Origin: Octopus sinensis
Lineage: Eukaryota
NCBI RefSeq assembly: GCF_006345805.1
Contig: NC_042997.1
Span: 23,436,001 to 23,500,000 of the forward strand
Reading direction: 5' to 3'
DNA length: 64,000 bases
The notes below the pieces were generated by a model. The model was not told the DNA's origin, did not search any database, and worked only from the letters and a program-made list of their open reading frames with translations. Both the position numbers and the translations under genes were made by a program. Below are positions 12,729 to 26,423 of this stretch, one piece after another (position 1 is the first letter of the stretch; each line of letters begins with the position of its first letter).

Positions 12729-13160
12729 ATGTATATATATATATATGTATATATATTTATTCATGTAAAAGAATGTATATCAGAAGAAACATATTTGTAT
12801 TGTAAGTATTAACTCAGTGTAGCTATGTTTGGCTTACTGTAATATGAGAGATTAATATGAAAATAACAAGATAGCAAAATAATAAAATAGACAATAGATG
12901 CCTTGTCATTGGTTTAAGTTTATAAGTTAAACTGCATAGACTGGAGAAGTAACAGAGATAGATATTTAGACAGATAGACAAATATGCATGCACACACACA
13001 AGCACATGCAGATAGCTTGATAGATAGTTGCTTGGAGGGGATGGGAGAGAGAAATTGAGAGATGTATAGGTAAATAGGTTAACTGAGTGACCAAATTGTA
13101 GAATAAAAACAAAAATCATACAATTGTAAAGCAAGTAATATAAACTAAAATAAACTTAAT

Positions 13161-13460
13161 GGAGGCACAATGGCCCAGTGGTTAGAGCAGCAGACTCACG
13201 GTTAGAGGATCACGGTTTCGATTCCCAGACTGGGCGTTGTGTGTGTTTATTGAGCGAAAACACCTAAAGCTCTACGAGGCTCCGGCAGGGGTTGGTGGTG
13301 ACCCCTATTGTACTCTTTCGCCCCAACTTTCTCTCACTCTTTCTTCATGTTTCTTGAGTAACGCTGCGATGGACTGGCGTCTCGTCCAGCTGGGGGGAAC
13401 ACATACGTCATAGAAACTGGGAAACCGGGCCCAAGGCTTGGAAAGGGTGCATAAATAAAA
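13161..13460 (+). mobile_element. tRNA-derived SINE, family C
   Basis: A-box TGGCCCAGTGGTTAG, B-box GGTTTCGATTCC, a non-tRNA body and an A-rich tail. Confidence 0.7.
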
Positions 13461-13899
13461 AAAATAAAAAACTTAACAAATAACCGTAAACTTTCAAGCT
13501 TCTTGCTTTATATGTTGTTAATGTTAAATTATGAACACTTTTGGGTTTAATAACCTAAACATGTTTTTTCTCATCAATAACTTAGCAATTTAGCAGTCTG
13601 TAAACAAATCTGTGTTCAGACAGACACACATGCACACATAACAGGCTTCTTTCAGTTTCCATCTACAAAATCCACTCATATGTTTTTGGTTAACCTGAGA
13701 CTATAGAAGACACATGCCCAAGGTGCCACACAGTGGGACTGAACCTGAACCCAGAATCATGCGGTGTCAAGAAGCAAACTTCTTACTGCACTGTTATATC
13801 TCTGTTATATATATATTGTTTGTTTGTATTCCACCTGCCTTCGTCTTTTGTTTATTTTCATAAAGCTTCCCGTTATATATATATATATATATATATATA

Positions 13900-14270
13900 G
13901 CGATGGTGCCCCAGCATGGCCGCGGCCTTCGGGCTAAAACGTTTTTAAGGATTTAAGGATTTATATATGCTGGGCAATATATTGAGTGTTCCAGTTGACT
14001 CAATCAATGAAACAGTCTGCTCAAGAAATTAACGTACAAATGGCGGAGCCCTCCACAGGGACACGCACCCTTAACATACTTCGCCGTCAATAAATGTGAC
14101 AAGGTTGGCTCATTGCACGAAAGATGCAACACATTTTTGCCAGCTGAGAGGACTGAAGCAACGTGAAATAAAGTGCATTGCCCAAGGACACGATGTACCA
14201 TCAGAAATCAAGCTCACAACCTTACAATTGTGAGCTGAGTACCCCAACCACTAACCACGCCCCAACACAC
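13900..14270 (-). mobile_element. tRNA-derived SINE (another family)
   Basis: Minus-strand head GTGGTTAGTGGTTGGGGTACTCAGCTC...GTGAGCTTGATTTC, followed by a GTGTCCTTGGGCAA..CACTTTATTTCAC body. Confidence 0.55.
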
Positions 14271-14826
14271 ATATACATAATACATATACAGTTTAAAGCT
14301 AAACTTTAGAGAAAGCTGAATGAAGTGACAGAAGTAAATATATAAGTAGACAGACTGAGAGCCAGACAGATAAGTAGACAGCAGACAGGTAGACAGCTAG
14401 GCTTGGTACATAGGTCGGTCAATAGATTAGTATTAGCTAGAGAGTATAAGATGACTATTCAGATAGGTAGTTAGGTACATTTGAAAGAAAGAAATAAAGA
14501 AAGTGAGAGAGAGAAAAAAGAAAGATGTATACACACACACACACACAAGATACATTCCTTCACAACTTGTTATCAAAAAGAGAAAGAGAACATTACATAC
14601 ATGTTCCATTGTGGTACGCATGCCCACAAGTGCAAGTTGATTCACACACATATATATACATACATCAGTCAATTTATATAACTATAAACTGCAAGAGCCA
14701 TCTTGACTTAAAGGAAAGGGTTTTGCTCTTTAGTGGCTGTAATTGACTGGTTTCAATTCTGAAACAAGAAAAACTTAAAATAGCTCCCTAAGAAACATAC
14801 GTAGAAAGACAACTAAAGAGTCAGAG

Positions 14827-15090
14827 TAGTACTTCTCAAACTATCCAATGTGCTTGGGACTAGTAATATTTCTTACTAATATTAATTCATACTGGAAACA
14901 ATATATACAAGGAATTTAATAAAAGTTGACAACTTTTTTTTGCCTTATATCTATTTTGTAAACAAATAATACAATATTACAAGCATTTTATAGTGTTTCT
15001 TTCTTTTCTGGAAACTCGTCGGTCGCGTACTGGCAGCTGATTGCTCACGGACCAGCACTGGTCCACAGACCACCACTTTGAGTAGCACTG
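14827..15090. mobile_element. hAT(Charlie)-like MITE
   Basis: Left end TAGTACTTCTCAAACT; right end CTTTGAGTAGCACTG preceded by GGACCAGCACTGGTCC. The flanking 8-mers AGTCAGAG/AGTTACAG match only partly. Confidence 0.4.
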
Positions 15091-15547
15091 AGTTACAGGG
15101 AACGAAAGAGAAAGAGATTGGCAAGAAAATGAAAAATATGTAAGTAGATGAGGAAGTGATTTACAGAATCAGAGAGTAGCAAAGCATATTTACATGGCAG
15201 ATGTATAGAGAGATAAATTGAATAGTATGACAATGCAGAATTTAGTGGAGTACACAAGTGATATTATTGGAGATGTGCACTTCATTAAAAACTAAAAGCC
15301 ATCTTGAATTTCAGGAACAAGTTGAACATATGGAAATATATATGAAATGTGTGTGTGCATGCATGCACGCATATACAAGCATGTATATATAAGTATGTAT
15401 ATGTGTATGCATCTATTATATAAAATAGACCTGTATGTGTTAGTATTTGCTTTTCATGGAAAAACAGCTGTGCAAATTGGTTCCATACTTGGGATACATG
15501 AATAATTTGACCTCAGATACATAATAAGGTCTTCATTTTATATTTTT

Positions 15548-16198
15548 ACTAGCCGAGTCACCCAGCATTGCCCATGTCACATGGAATGGAAGAATTAGAC
15601 TTGACTTTTGTATTTTCTCTAATGAACTGGAATAACTATGATTCGAATTTCATCAAAATTGCAGCTGAAGAATTTTAATAAGGGTTCTTTCCCTCTTTAC
15701 ACGCCCTAACAAAAATTCTAATTATGACACATTTATCCCATACTACTCATCTTTATGCCCAGTTTTCAAAATCCAAATGTTATGGAACCTATTCAAAGGC
15801 TTTTGCTCCTGAAAAGTGGAGCTCATGGAGCTCTAAAATGTGGAAGTTAAGGCCCCTGTTGGGGGTGGGTGTTTTAAAGTCAACCAGAGAAGTTGAATTG
15901 TTGGGAATCTTTTTAACTTGGGTCTTATATCTATTGTTCAAATTTCTTTGAAATCGGAAATATATGTATGTTCACTGGGTTTGTAAAAGAGAGCAAAGCT
16001 ACAGGAAACCAAAAGATGAATGATCAGAATAAGCAGTCAGCTACTCTACCCTAGTCATTAACACTCCCCAATCTAGGATTCCTCAACATACAGGTGACGG
16101 GTACAGCTGCAAGATGCATTAGCAATTGGAAGGGTAAGTTTTAGGGATTTACACAGATAGACAGACAGACACACATTCTCATCTTTACACATATAGAT
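15548..16198 (+). mobile_element. Helentron-type non-autonomous element (HINE/DINE-like), old copy
   Basis: Starts ACTAGC..CACCCAGCATTGCCC and ends CAGACAGAC...ATATAGAT, the same termini as the younger copies. Confidence 0.55.
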
Positions 16199-16324
16199 TA
16201 TTACAAAGTTTGTTGGTGGAGATTCAACAAGAGAAGGAATTAGATATTTGGTTTAATGTTTCCAAGAAGTCAAAGCAAAGAATAAAGAATAGATTCTGAA
16301 TATCTGATGAAGAGATACAGAAGA

Positions 16325-16570
16325 AATAAGCATGGTTGTGTGGTAAAGAAGTTCATTTAGCAACCACCCATGTTCAGTCTCACGATGTTTCAGCCTGATG
16401 ATGGAGCACTTTCTACTGTAGGTCTGGGTCAAACAATGAATGAATTTGGTAGATGGAAACTGTGTGGAAGCCTGATGTGTATGTGTGTGTGTGTGTGTTT
16501 GTATTTTCCCCCCTTCCCACTGCTTGACAACTTGGTTTGTTTATGTCCCTGTAAGTTGGCAACTTGGCTA
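16325..16570 (+). mobile_element. Family B SINE, 3'-truncated by an RTE
   Basis: Head GGTTGTGTGGTAAAGAAG, GGTAGATGGAAACTG block and CTTGACAAC block. Confidence 0.6.
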
Positions 16571-16580
16571 AAGATACTTT

Positions 16581-18260
16581 ATTTTCTGGGTCTTCTCAGT
16601 CACAGCATACCTCAAGAGGTTTCGGTCTTTTGTCATTGCCTTTGTGAGGCCCAACGTTCGAAGGTCATGCTTCACCACCTCATCTCATGTCTTCCTGGGT
16701 CTCCCGCTACCCAGGATTACTTCCACTGTTTGGGAGTGGCACTTCTTCACACAGCTCTCCTCGTCCATCCACAGTACATGACCATACCAATGCAAACGTC
16801 TCTCTTGCATGCCACATCCAATGCTTCTTATAGCTAATATTTCTCTCATGGCGCTTACACTCTGTTGTGTGTGCACACTGACATTACACATCCAGTGGAT
16901 CATGCTAGCTTCATTTCTTTCGAGCCTACGCATGTCTTCAGCAGTCATGGCTCATGTTTCACTGCCGCAAAGCATGGCAGTTCGTACACATGCATCTTAC
17001 AATCTACCTTTCACTCTGAGCGAGAGACCCTTTGTCACCAGTAAGCGTAGAAGCTTTCTGAGCTTTGCCCAGGCTATTCTTATTCTAGTAGTAACACTCT
17101 CTGAGCATCCACCCCCACTACAGACTTGGTCACCTAGGTAGCGGAAGCTATCAACTACTTCTAGTTTCTCCCCACTGGCATGTGATGGAGTCTGTTTTCT
17201 GAGCATCTGTAGTGCTTATTGCCCCTGTACATCTGCTGCACACGAAAGCTATCTTCCCAGTTAATCTTCCTTTGATGTTGCACCTCTTATGTGTCCATAA
17301 CTTACACTGAGTACATCTTATGGAGTTTCTACCTACACTTTTTCTACAGATTAAGCAGGAAGCAGGGCCATCTACCTGAAGGGGTGTGTGATGTGTTCGC
17401 CTTCCTAGTTAATAGAACTTTGGTCTTTGCAACATTGACTCTAAGGCCCTTTGATTCTAAACCTTGCTTCCACACTTGAAGTTTCTTCTCTTGTTCTGGT
17501 TGTGATTCTGCTATGAGGGCCTCGTTATCAGCATAGAGGAGCTCCCAGGAGCAACCTGTCTTGAATTCCTCTGTTATTACCTGGAGGACTATGATGAATA
17601 AGAGGAGGCTGAGGGCTGATCCTTGGTGGACCTCTACTTCTATCTGGAATTCTTCACTATATTCATTGCCAATCCCAACCCTACTAACAGCATCTCTGTA
17701 TAGGGCCTGCACAGCCCTTATTAACCATTTGTCAATCCCCAGTTTCTGCATTGTCCATCAGATAAGGGATCGAGGCTTTCTCCAAGTCCACAAAAGCCAA
17801 ATATAGGGGTTTATATTTGGCTAGATATTTCTCCTGCAGTTGTCGTACCAGGATTATAGCATCGGTGGTGCTTCTACCTGGCACAAAACTGAACTGCATC
17901 TCATCTAAGCAGACTCTCTCCTCAATTAGTTGGGCTATGACCCTCTCTGTGACCTTCATCACCTGATCCAGCAAATTTGATACCCCTGTAGTTATTTCTA
18001 TCTAAAGCATCACCTTTACCTTTGTAGCAGTTGACAATGGTACTGCTATGCCAGTCATTGGCTATGACTCCATCATGAACTACCTGGTCTACAATACAGG
18101 TGACTAGGCCATAGCCCACACCACCAGATGTTTTAAGCACCTTAGCGGTGATTCCTGATTGGCTGGGGACTTTTCTTGGCTTCATACCCTTAATTGCTTT
18201 ATCTACCAGGGTAGTGTCTATTTGGATAGCTAGTCCCTCTACAGGATCAACATTTGGCAT
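16581..18260 (-). mobile_element. 5'-truncated RTE LINE (RT domain to C-terminus, frameshifted)
   Basis: ORF pieces: TIVNCYKGKGDALDRNNYRGIK, QFSFVPGRSTTDAI..RQLQEKY...LAFVDLEKA, VHQGSALS.LLF, WELLYADN, RIRIAWAKLR, ERRLHWYGHV..GRPRKT. Confidence 0.9.
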
Positions 18261-18925
18261 ATATATATATATACACATACATACACACAGACTGGGCTAT
18301 GACTGATTTCATTTTCTTCTTTTGAAAATATGCATGAAAAGATGAAAAGATAATACCCAAGTCCTGTACAATTATGTTGTTAATAATTATATAATTGTGA
18401 ATATTCATGTGCATTATTGAAACAGTTGTAGAAAGTAAAACTTTGAAATATCAATGACATTCTTTGCCTACTATTTTTTCAAATGTACATAGATACATGC
18501 ATACATACATGCCCATCAACACACACATGCACATGTGCACGTGTGTGTGTGTGTGTATTTGTCTCAACATGTCTTCCCATTAACATCATATGACATAGAT
18601 AATTATGTCATATGATGACACACAGAACATAGCATTATACCTATAAAAATCCATCAGAAAGGGCATCCAACCATAAAATACTGCCTCAAAAATTTTTTGC
18701 AATGAAAAAGCTGTTTTCCAACAAAAAAAAAATAGCTCCATTTTTAGAAAATGAATAAGACAAATGATAGTATTTCATGTTGAACTTTAGGAAAGTCTTG
18801 CATATTTTTATTGTTCCACTTTACAATTGTGTTTGCAATGGTTAATTGGTTAATTCTCAGCCTGGATACCAACATTTTAATGCATTGCTTAGGTAGACTT
18901 TTAAAGTATACAGAGAAGTATACTG

Positions 18926-18987
<62 letters not shown>

Positions 18988-19182
18988 CAAATCTAGTTTA
19001 GTACATCATAACAATTCTTGTCTTTTTGCAAAAGACAAGAATAAAATCTTTATGTGGAAAAGAGTGTCAATTTTAGTGATGTTATTATATCTGTAAAACG
19101 TGATTGAAAATATTCTGATAGTCCAAACTTCAGATCCATGTTTAAAAAATATTTTGTTCTTAATATTTTTGTTTATCTTGTG

Positions 19183-19395
19183 AGGCAGTAAGCTGGCAGA
19201 ATTGTTAGCATGCTGGGCAAATTCTTAGTGGCATTTCATCTGTCTTTGCATCCTGAGTTCAAATTCTGCCAAAGTTGACTTGACCTTTCATCCTTTCCAG
19301 GGTCAGTAAATAAATGCCAGTGAATACTGGCATTGAAATTATCACCTTATTCCCTCCCCTAAACTTGCTGGCCTTGTGCCAAAATTTGAAATCAA
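19183..19395 (+). mobile_element. tRNA-derived SINE, family A
   Basis: Head AGGCAGTAAGCTGGCAGAATTGTTAG and B-box GAGTTCAAATTC; same family as 26044-26277. Confidence 0.75.
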
Positions 19396-20364
19396 TATTT
19401 GGGTTAATTTGTGGTGAGCTCTACTGATCAGGAGTTAAGTTTCTAGCAGGCAGGCTAGTAAGTCAGTTTTTATTCTAAGTTGATTCCTACTGTTTAATAA
19501 TTTCATAGAGATGTGTGTCATTGTTTAAAAATCAATAATTTGTTTTCTTGATCATGTTTCAGCTGTGACCATATTGGGACGTCTGTATATAACAAGAATC
19601 TTAGATCATATTATTGTGATATGACTAAATTAATTGTTTGAAATGTTAAAACTAAATGACAGAAAATAAAATCAATAAAAAATGTCTCAGTGTTTAAATA
19701 TATTTTTATCATATTAAAAAAAAAGTGCTTTTTGTATTTCATTTGTCACCTGACCTGAAGGTACTTTTACCATTATTTTGTTGAATATGCTGTGTCATCA
19801 GCACTTGCATCTCATATTACTACCGTTTTCCTTAACTCATGGGGACTGACTGAAATCAATGACAGCCGGTATCAGTTTTCAGAAACTAACAAAACAAAAT
19901 ATTAAAAGATTAGTTTCTTTATCTTAAAATTTTACAATAAAGATGAGCATTCAATTAATCATCCTTTTTAAAATTTGTTTTCTGCTTTAAATATCACTGA
20001 AATTGTTCAGCAAAAGAAAGCTAATATATTTTAGGAATCTAAATACTTTTTTTTTCTCAGCTTTCATACAGGCAACAAAGTAATCATTGTAAAACCAGCT
20101 ATTGGCAAGTAGTTTCCACTGCACTAAATTAGACAATTCAGTTCATGTATCACATTTCCCAAACTCTGTTATTAACATTTCTTCTCATCTTAACTAATTC
20201 AGATGGTCCTTATAGACTATGGGCACTGGTTTTTTTTTACAAATAACTAAAACCTAACTCAAGAATATATTCAACATATATTTTTTTTATATTATTGTAT
20301 GTATATACATGGGTGTGTATAAGTAAACATACATGCATATATATGTGTGCGTATCTATATTGAT

Positions 20365-20429
20365 CTATCTGTCTGTCCGTCTGTCTGTCCGTCTGTATGT
20401 CCGTCGGTCTGTCTGTCCGTCTGTCTATC

Positions 20430-20502
<73 letters not shown>

Positions 20503-20539
20503 GTCTGTCCACCTGTCTGACCGTCTGTCAGTCTGTCTG

Positions 20540-20594
<55 letters not shown>

Positions 20595-20939
20595 GTCTGT
20601 CTGTCTATCTATCTATCTGTCTGTCTGTCTATCTATCTATCTGTCTTTTTTTTTTTCCACGATCCCTTTTGATCGGAATTTGCTCCCCCACCTTTTTTTT
20701 TTCCTTCTTCCCAAAAAGAAAAGCTCTACTTTGTATTTTGTCCCTTCTGTGTTCAGCCTTGTGTGGTCAATAAAGAAATCTATCTATCTATCTATCTGTC
20801 TATCTATCTCTCTTTTTTTTTCACGATCCCTTTTGATCGCAATTCGCTCTACAGCCTTTTTTTTTCCTTCTTCCCAAAAAGAAAGCTCTACTTTGTATTT
20901 TGTCCCTTCTGTGTTCAGCTTTGTGTGGCCAATAAAGAA

Positions 20940-21018
<79 letters not shown>

Positions 21019-21050
21019 CATCAATCCATCTATCTAGCTAGCTAGCTACA
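20365..21050. repeat. Compound (TCTG)n/(TCTA)n microsatellite containing a tandemly duplicated ~140-bp unit
   Basis: The unit TTTTCCACGATCCC...GTGTGGTCAATAAAGAAA occurs at ~20645-20780 and again, diverged, at ~20811-20940. Its 3' end resembles the SINE A tail. Confidence 0.85.
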
Positions 21051-22024
21051 CACACACACACACACCAAAGCTTTGTGAGTAGAATTAGTAGAAGGAAACT
21101 TAAAGGAGTCTGTAACATATATACTACATATGAGGGAAATTCTATCTGTGGGTGTGTTTGTGAAGTTGTTAGCTAACTCCTACATTGTTTTATCGATTTT
21201 GATGAAACTTGATACATGAGTAGGACTCATGTCTGGAAATCTCATGGCATACTCAGATTGTTGAAAACAAAATTGATAATAGGGCCACTGGAAGGGATCC
21301 TTATATATAACCAAGGAAAATAACCCATTCTTTTTCCTAAATTATTTGGTAAAAATTAAATTGAGTATGCTTATTTCTTAGTATTTGAACTGTTAGAGTT
21401 ATTTTCGCAAATTTATCCAGTACAACCATTAAACAAGTAAATAGTATTTTCCTAAACAACAGATCCACTTATTTTGATTAGTGACTTATTCACGAATATC
21501 CCAACACTAGCGCTCCTGAGGGTAATATTCTCTGGGAACACACAAAGCCCTTTTCAGTGTTATTTACTTAGAATTGTTATCTCATATCTGATTAACCTGC
21601 TATTACATTACATGCTTCATGATTTTAGTATACATACCTTATTAGTATTTCCTCCTATGTTCTATTATACTCTGGGAACGCATTAAAGCCCTTTTCGGGG
21701 CTACTTTATTTGAATTCTTACTATCAGGTAAGTAATTTCATGTTATTACATAAATGACTTCACAATTTGGGTATTCATAACTTACTGGGAATTCCTAAAA
21801 ACAAGATCCTGTGTAAGACAGGTATTCTCTGTAAATGCACAAAAACCGTTTTAAGGGCTACATACTTTGTAATGTTGTTATTGGATTAGCGAAACAATTA
21901 TGAGAATGGAACCAAGGGATAAGCCTTGTTTGCCCGGGAATTACCGGTTACATCATATATATCAAGTTAAGCGACTTAGTGTCGTCTATGAATTCAGCAA
22001 CAATGTGATTGATAAATATCATGA

Positions 22025-22462
22025 GTAAGAAAACAGCACAGCTCCCATGACTTCAGGAAACATTTTTTCACGCTGAGAGTTGCTGAAGCGTGGAACAAAC
22101 TGCCGGCATCGGTTGTTAGTTGTCGGAGCACTGCATCCTTCAAAACTTCCATGCTTCCTGAGATTCGCCAACACTACACTTGATACACACACAAGCATGT
22201 TCACTTTCCAGACATTTCTACACCACTGCATGTACTTTATATGCACTTTCTGACAAGTTGTGGTGCACCTGAGCACTGTATACAATAATTTCATTATATA
22301 TATATGTATGAGCATTACATACATATTTTCTATTTAATGCCATGAACGTGACCTGGGTGTTATTGTCGACAGCAATTTGCGATGGACAAAACACATCGCC
22401 AAAATTACCAAGAAGGCTAAGGGTATCTTGGCATCACTCACCAAGTCCTTTGTGAGCCGCTA
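22025..22462 (+). mobile_element. Two CR1 LINE fragments (3' end at 22025-22300; internal RT piece at 22325-22462)
   Basis: KQHSSHDFRKHFFTLRVAEAWNKLPASVV...RQHYT with an ATT tail, then ERDLGVIVDSNLRWTKHIAKITKKAKGILASL. Confidence 0.85.
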
Positions 22463-22667
22463 GTTAGTGTAAACATATGTGTGTTTGTACATGTATGTAC
22501 ACTTTCAAAGTGGTTGGAGTTTGGAAGCTGTAGAAACCATGCCAAATCAGACTGGAGTCTGGTGCAGTTCCTCAGCTTACCAACACTGGTCAAACTGTAC
22601 AACCCATGTCAGCATGGACAATGGACATTAAATGATAACGATGATGATATATAATGTACATATGTAC

Positions 22668-22883
22668 ATAATGAATGAAGGAAACAGAAAATGGAGTTCA
22701 CAAGAATCTTTATTCATCACAACGGTTGTTTCGACTCATCTTGCGTCGGTCCCTTGCAGGTGAGATACTGTTCAACTAGTTAGTATCCCACCTACAAGGG
22801 ACTGATGCAGGATGTGTTAAAATGATCGTTGTGATGAATAAAGATTCTTGTGAATTTCATTTTCCATTTCCCTCATTCATTAT
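22668..22883. repeat. Diverged inverted repeat (~100-bp arms, ~12-bp loop)
   Basis: ATAATGAATGAAGG...GTGAGATACT pairs with AGTATCCCAC...CCTCATTCATTAT. The core TTCACAAGAATCTTTATTCATCACAACG matches perfectly. Confidence 0.85.
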
Positions 22884-23198
22884 AAATTCAATAGACACAG
22901 CGGAATTTCTGAGGTAGATCTAGCAACACTTGTATTAAAACTGTGAGTGACATCAGGTAGTCTAGACAGTGAAAGTGCTTTTATCAGCATATTACTAACC
23001 ATATACTCAAGGTCCAAATAATTACTCTCTTCTACAGGTTTGAAAAGCTAAAGAAACCCTTTGTATTAATCAACTTTCTTCAAAGATTTTTTTCCCACAT
23101 TTCTCAGCCAGTAGAGCAACAAACTTATAAAAGTTGACCTGAAAAATGATCTATGGGTTGCAGGTTCAAGTCCCTCTGCGGGTGCACCATTATTTTAT

Positions 23199-23620
23199 AG
23201 GCTCAGGCGTGACTGTGTGGTAAGAAGCTTGCTTCCCATCCATGTGGTTCTGGGTTCAGTTCCATTGCATGGAACCTTAGATGAGTGTCTCCGATAATAA
23301 CTTCAGGCTGACTAAAGCCTTGTGAGTGGATTTGGTAGACAGAAACTGAAAGAAGCCCATCGTATATATATGTGTGTGTGTGTGTGTGTATCTATGTGTC
23401 TGTTTTTGTTCCCTTGCCACAACTTCATAACTGGTGTTGGTGTGTTTACATCCCCATAAATTAGTGGTTGAGCAAAAGAGACCAATAGATTAAGTACTAG
23501 GCTTTAAAAAATAAGTCCTGGGATTGATTTATTTGGCTATAAACTCTTCAAGGCGGTGCCCCAGCATGACTGTAGTCAAATTACTAAAATAAGTAAAAAG
23601 ATAAAAGATAAGAGATATAC
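23199..23620 (+). mobile_element. Full-length family B SINE
   Basis: Head, internal (TG)n and tail blocks are all present. Confidence 0.85.
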
Positions 23621-23826
23621 TAACAGCTAAGTTTTTATTATTGTTCAAATGTGACATAGTCAATGAATCTAGGTTTTCAGTATCTCGTTTGCCAAGGCCA
23701 CATGTATTTCATTTCAATTTCAGACACCCTCCCCTTCCCATTGCAAAATATTTATACAATAAATTTGCTGATTAAAATGTACATGTGTATTAATTTAGTA
23801 TTTATTGCTATTGTTATTATTATTAA

Positions 23827-23889
<63 letters not shown>

Positions 23890-24169
23890 CATTCAGTAGT
23901 TTTATTTTTATAACGTGCTTTCACTTCACTACCGAGCGCAGCTCTGTGTGCCTTGGGTATGTGCTGTGATTTGTTGTGATGCTCTGATGGTTACTGTATT
24001 GAAAGTGTTCAACGTAGGATGTGTGCAGTGCCTAGTAGTGCAATTTTCTGTATGTTATATGTGTTTGTAAGTCCTGGTGTTTTTGTTATGTATTTGTCTG
24101 AATATTTTTTTATCATGCCTAATGCACCTACTATGATAGGAATTGTTTCTGTTTTTAGATTCCACATTA

Positions 24170-24207
<38 letters not shown>

Positions 24208-24968
24208 AGTCTAATACTACTACTTTTCTTCTAAGCCCATATAGCTAAGTCGGGACTAAACTTATTTTGCGCAAGATCTGTGCACAGCAACATCCGTTTT
24301 TGCACACCTCTTTTGCCTCCCTCCCCCACCATCATTTTAATTCATACATGAAGTTTCACCTGGTGACTCATATACTCCTCCTGGGCTACGTGTGGGAGTA
24401 CATATTTTGCTTATATCCTTATACCTTCAAGCAAGCACCTGAATGAGTGTTGTATACAGTTAACGGTACTTGATTTATAAATATTTAGACATATAATACT
24501 TAAGCCATCCCATGTGGCCACCCTATCCTCTTTCCCAGGTCAACCTACATTCCCTGTTCTCATACAATCATTGTAGCTCAATTGATCAGGAATAGAATTA
24601 AGTTTGATGAAATGCAGTTTAGTTTTGTACCTCGGAAGTGTACCACATTCCATCTTCCTGGTGAGACAGTTGCAGAAAAAGTACTTTGGCCAAAAGTAAA
24701 CCATTGTACTTAGCCTTCATTGATCTGAAGAAAGCTTTTCATGGAGTTCCCTGCTCTGTTGTCTAGTGGTCTCTCTAAGGAAGCTAGGAGTAGAAGAGTG
24801 GCTTGTTAGAGCTGTACAAGCCATGTACAGTGATGCTATCAGTAAGTTGACCACAAATACAGTGATGAATTTAGTGTACAAGTAGGGGATCACCAAGGCT
24901 CAGTTCTCAGCTCACTCTTATTCATTATAGTCCTCTAGGCCATAACAGAAGAATTCAAAACTGGATGC

Positions 24969-26423
24969 AAAGGGGGTGGTTGCGAGATCTATGAGGAAGG
25001 AGGGTGAGAAGAAGTTGAGTGGGCTGGATGAGAACCCAGATAGAGTGTATGAAAGGGTAAAGACAAGAGGTAGAGTTGGATCAGAGTTGTTGGAGGAGTT
25101 TGCGGTGAAAGTTGGTGTGCATCAGGGATCTGTGTTGTCACCGTTGTTATTTGCAATAGTGGTTGATGTGGTGACAGAGAGTGCAAGAGAGGGATTGATA
25201 CTGGAGATACTGTATGCAGATGACCTTGTTCTGGTGAGTGAGACGATGGCGGGATTGAGGGAGAAGTTTCGGAAATGAAAGGAGGCATTTGAAAGCAAGA
25301 GTTTGAAAGTAAACCTCAGGAAGACAAAGGTGATAGTGAGTGGGATGGAAGGAGAAGTGTTAGTGAGTAAGGAAGATCCATGTGGTGTGTGTGGGAAGGT
25401 AATTGCAAATGCGATGTTGTGTATGAAATGTGGGAAATGGATTCATGGTAGATGTACAAAACTGAAGAAGGTGACCCCCAAGACTGGCAAGAGACTTTAT
25501 TTGTGGAAGATGTGAGAAAGGAGATGGAGGGCTGGTGGAACCAGTGGAAATTCTATACGATGAGGGTTTTTTCATTTGGGAGATAGGGTGGATGTAAGTG
25601 GTGGATGTGAGGCATCTATGACAGCAAGAGCAAGACTTGCCTGGGTGAAGTTCAGGGAATGCAGAGCATTATTATATGGGAAAAGGTTCTCCTTGAAGAT
25701 GAAAGGAAGGGTTTATCGGAGTTGCATGAGATCTGCAATGGTGTCTGAGGGAAAGCGAAATGGCAATTTTGAGGACTGAAAGAGCAATGGTGAGAGCAAT
25801 GTGTGGTGTGAAATTATTGGATAAAAAGAAGGCTGGGTACTTAATGGGGATGCTGTGATTGGAACAGCTGGCAAGGGCGAATGAAGTGTAGTGGTATGGA
25901 TATGTGTTGAAGGAGGATGAGGATCATGTTCTGAGGAGAGTGCTTGAGTTTAAAGTGAATGAACTGCGAAAGCGAGGTCAACCAAAGAAAACATGGAAGT
26001 GACAGGTGGAGGAGGAGATTGGGAGGGTTGGCTTGAGGAGGGATAAGGCGGCGAGCTGGCAGAATCGTTAGCACGCCGGGCGAAATGCTTTGCAGTATTT
26101 CGTCCGCCACTGCGTTCTGAGTTCAAATTCCGCCGAGGTCGACTTTGCCTTTCATCCTTTCGGGGTCGATAAATTAAGTACCAGTTACGCACTGGGGTCG
26201 ATGTAATCGACTTAATACCTATGTCTGTCCTTGTTCGTCCCCTCTATGTTTAGCCCCTTGTGGGTAATAAAGAAATAGGTTGGCTTGAGGAGGGAGGATG
26301 CCCAAAACCAGGTGAGATGGCGGGATAGTGTGAGAGCCGGTTGCTGTAAGAGTGAGGTAAATCCAGCCACCCCCATTAATGGGGACAAACCCAGATTTAA
26401 AATATTGGAATTCATCATCATCA
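24969..26423 (+). mobile_element. Second RTE family inserted into the first
   Basis: VGVHQGSVLSPLLFAIV..ILYADDLVL, KVNLRKTKV, ARARLAWVKFRE and a (CAT)n tail. ATGC is repeated at both junctions. Confidence 0.85.
26044..26277 (+). mobile_element. Young family A SINE with an 18-bp target-site duplication
   Basis: GGTTGGCTTGAGGAGGGA at 26026-26043 and 26278-26295, with intact A and B boxes. Confidence 0.92.

Noticed and set aside
13161-13235. tRNA gene
   Set aside because: A and B boxes are present, but the sequence runs into a SINE body and A-rich tail with no closed acceptor stem.
23095-23189. tRNA-Phe-like sequence (CTCAG..GTAGAGCA, CTGAAAA, GGTTCAAGTCC, ending CACCA)
   Set aside because: The acceptor and T stems pair poorly, there is a ~14-nt insertion after the D arm, and the 3' spacing is wrong. 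At best it is a decayed SINE head or pseudo-tRNA.
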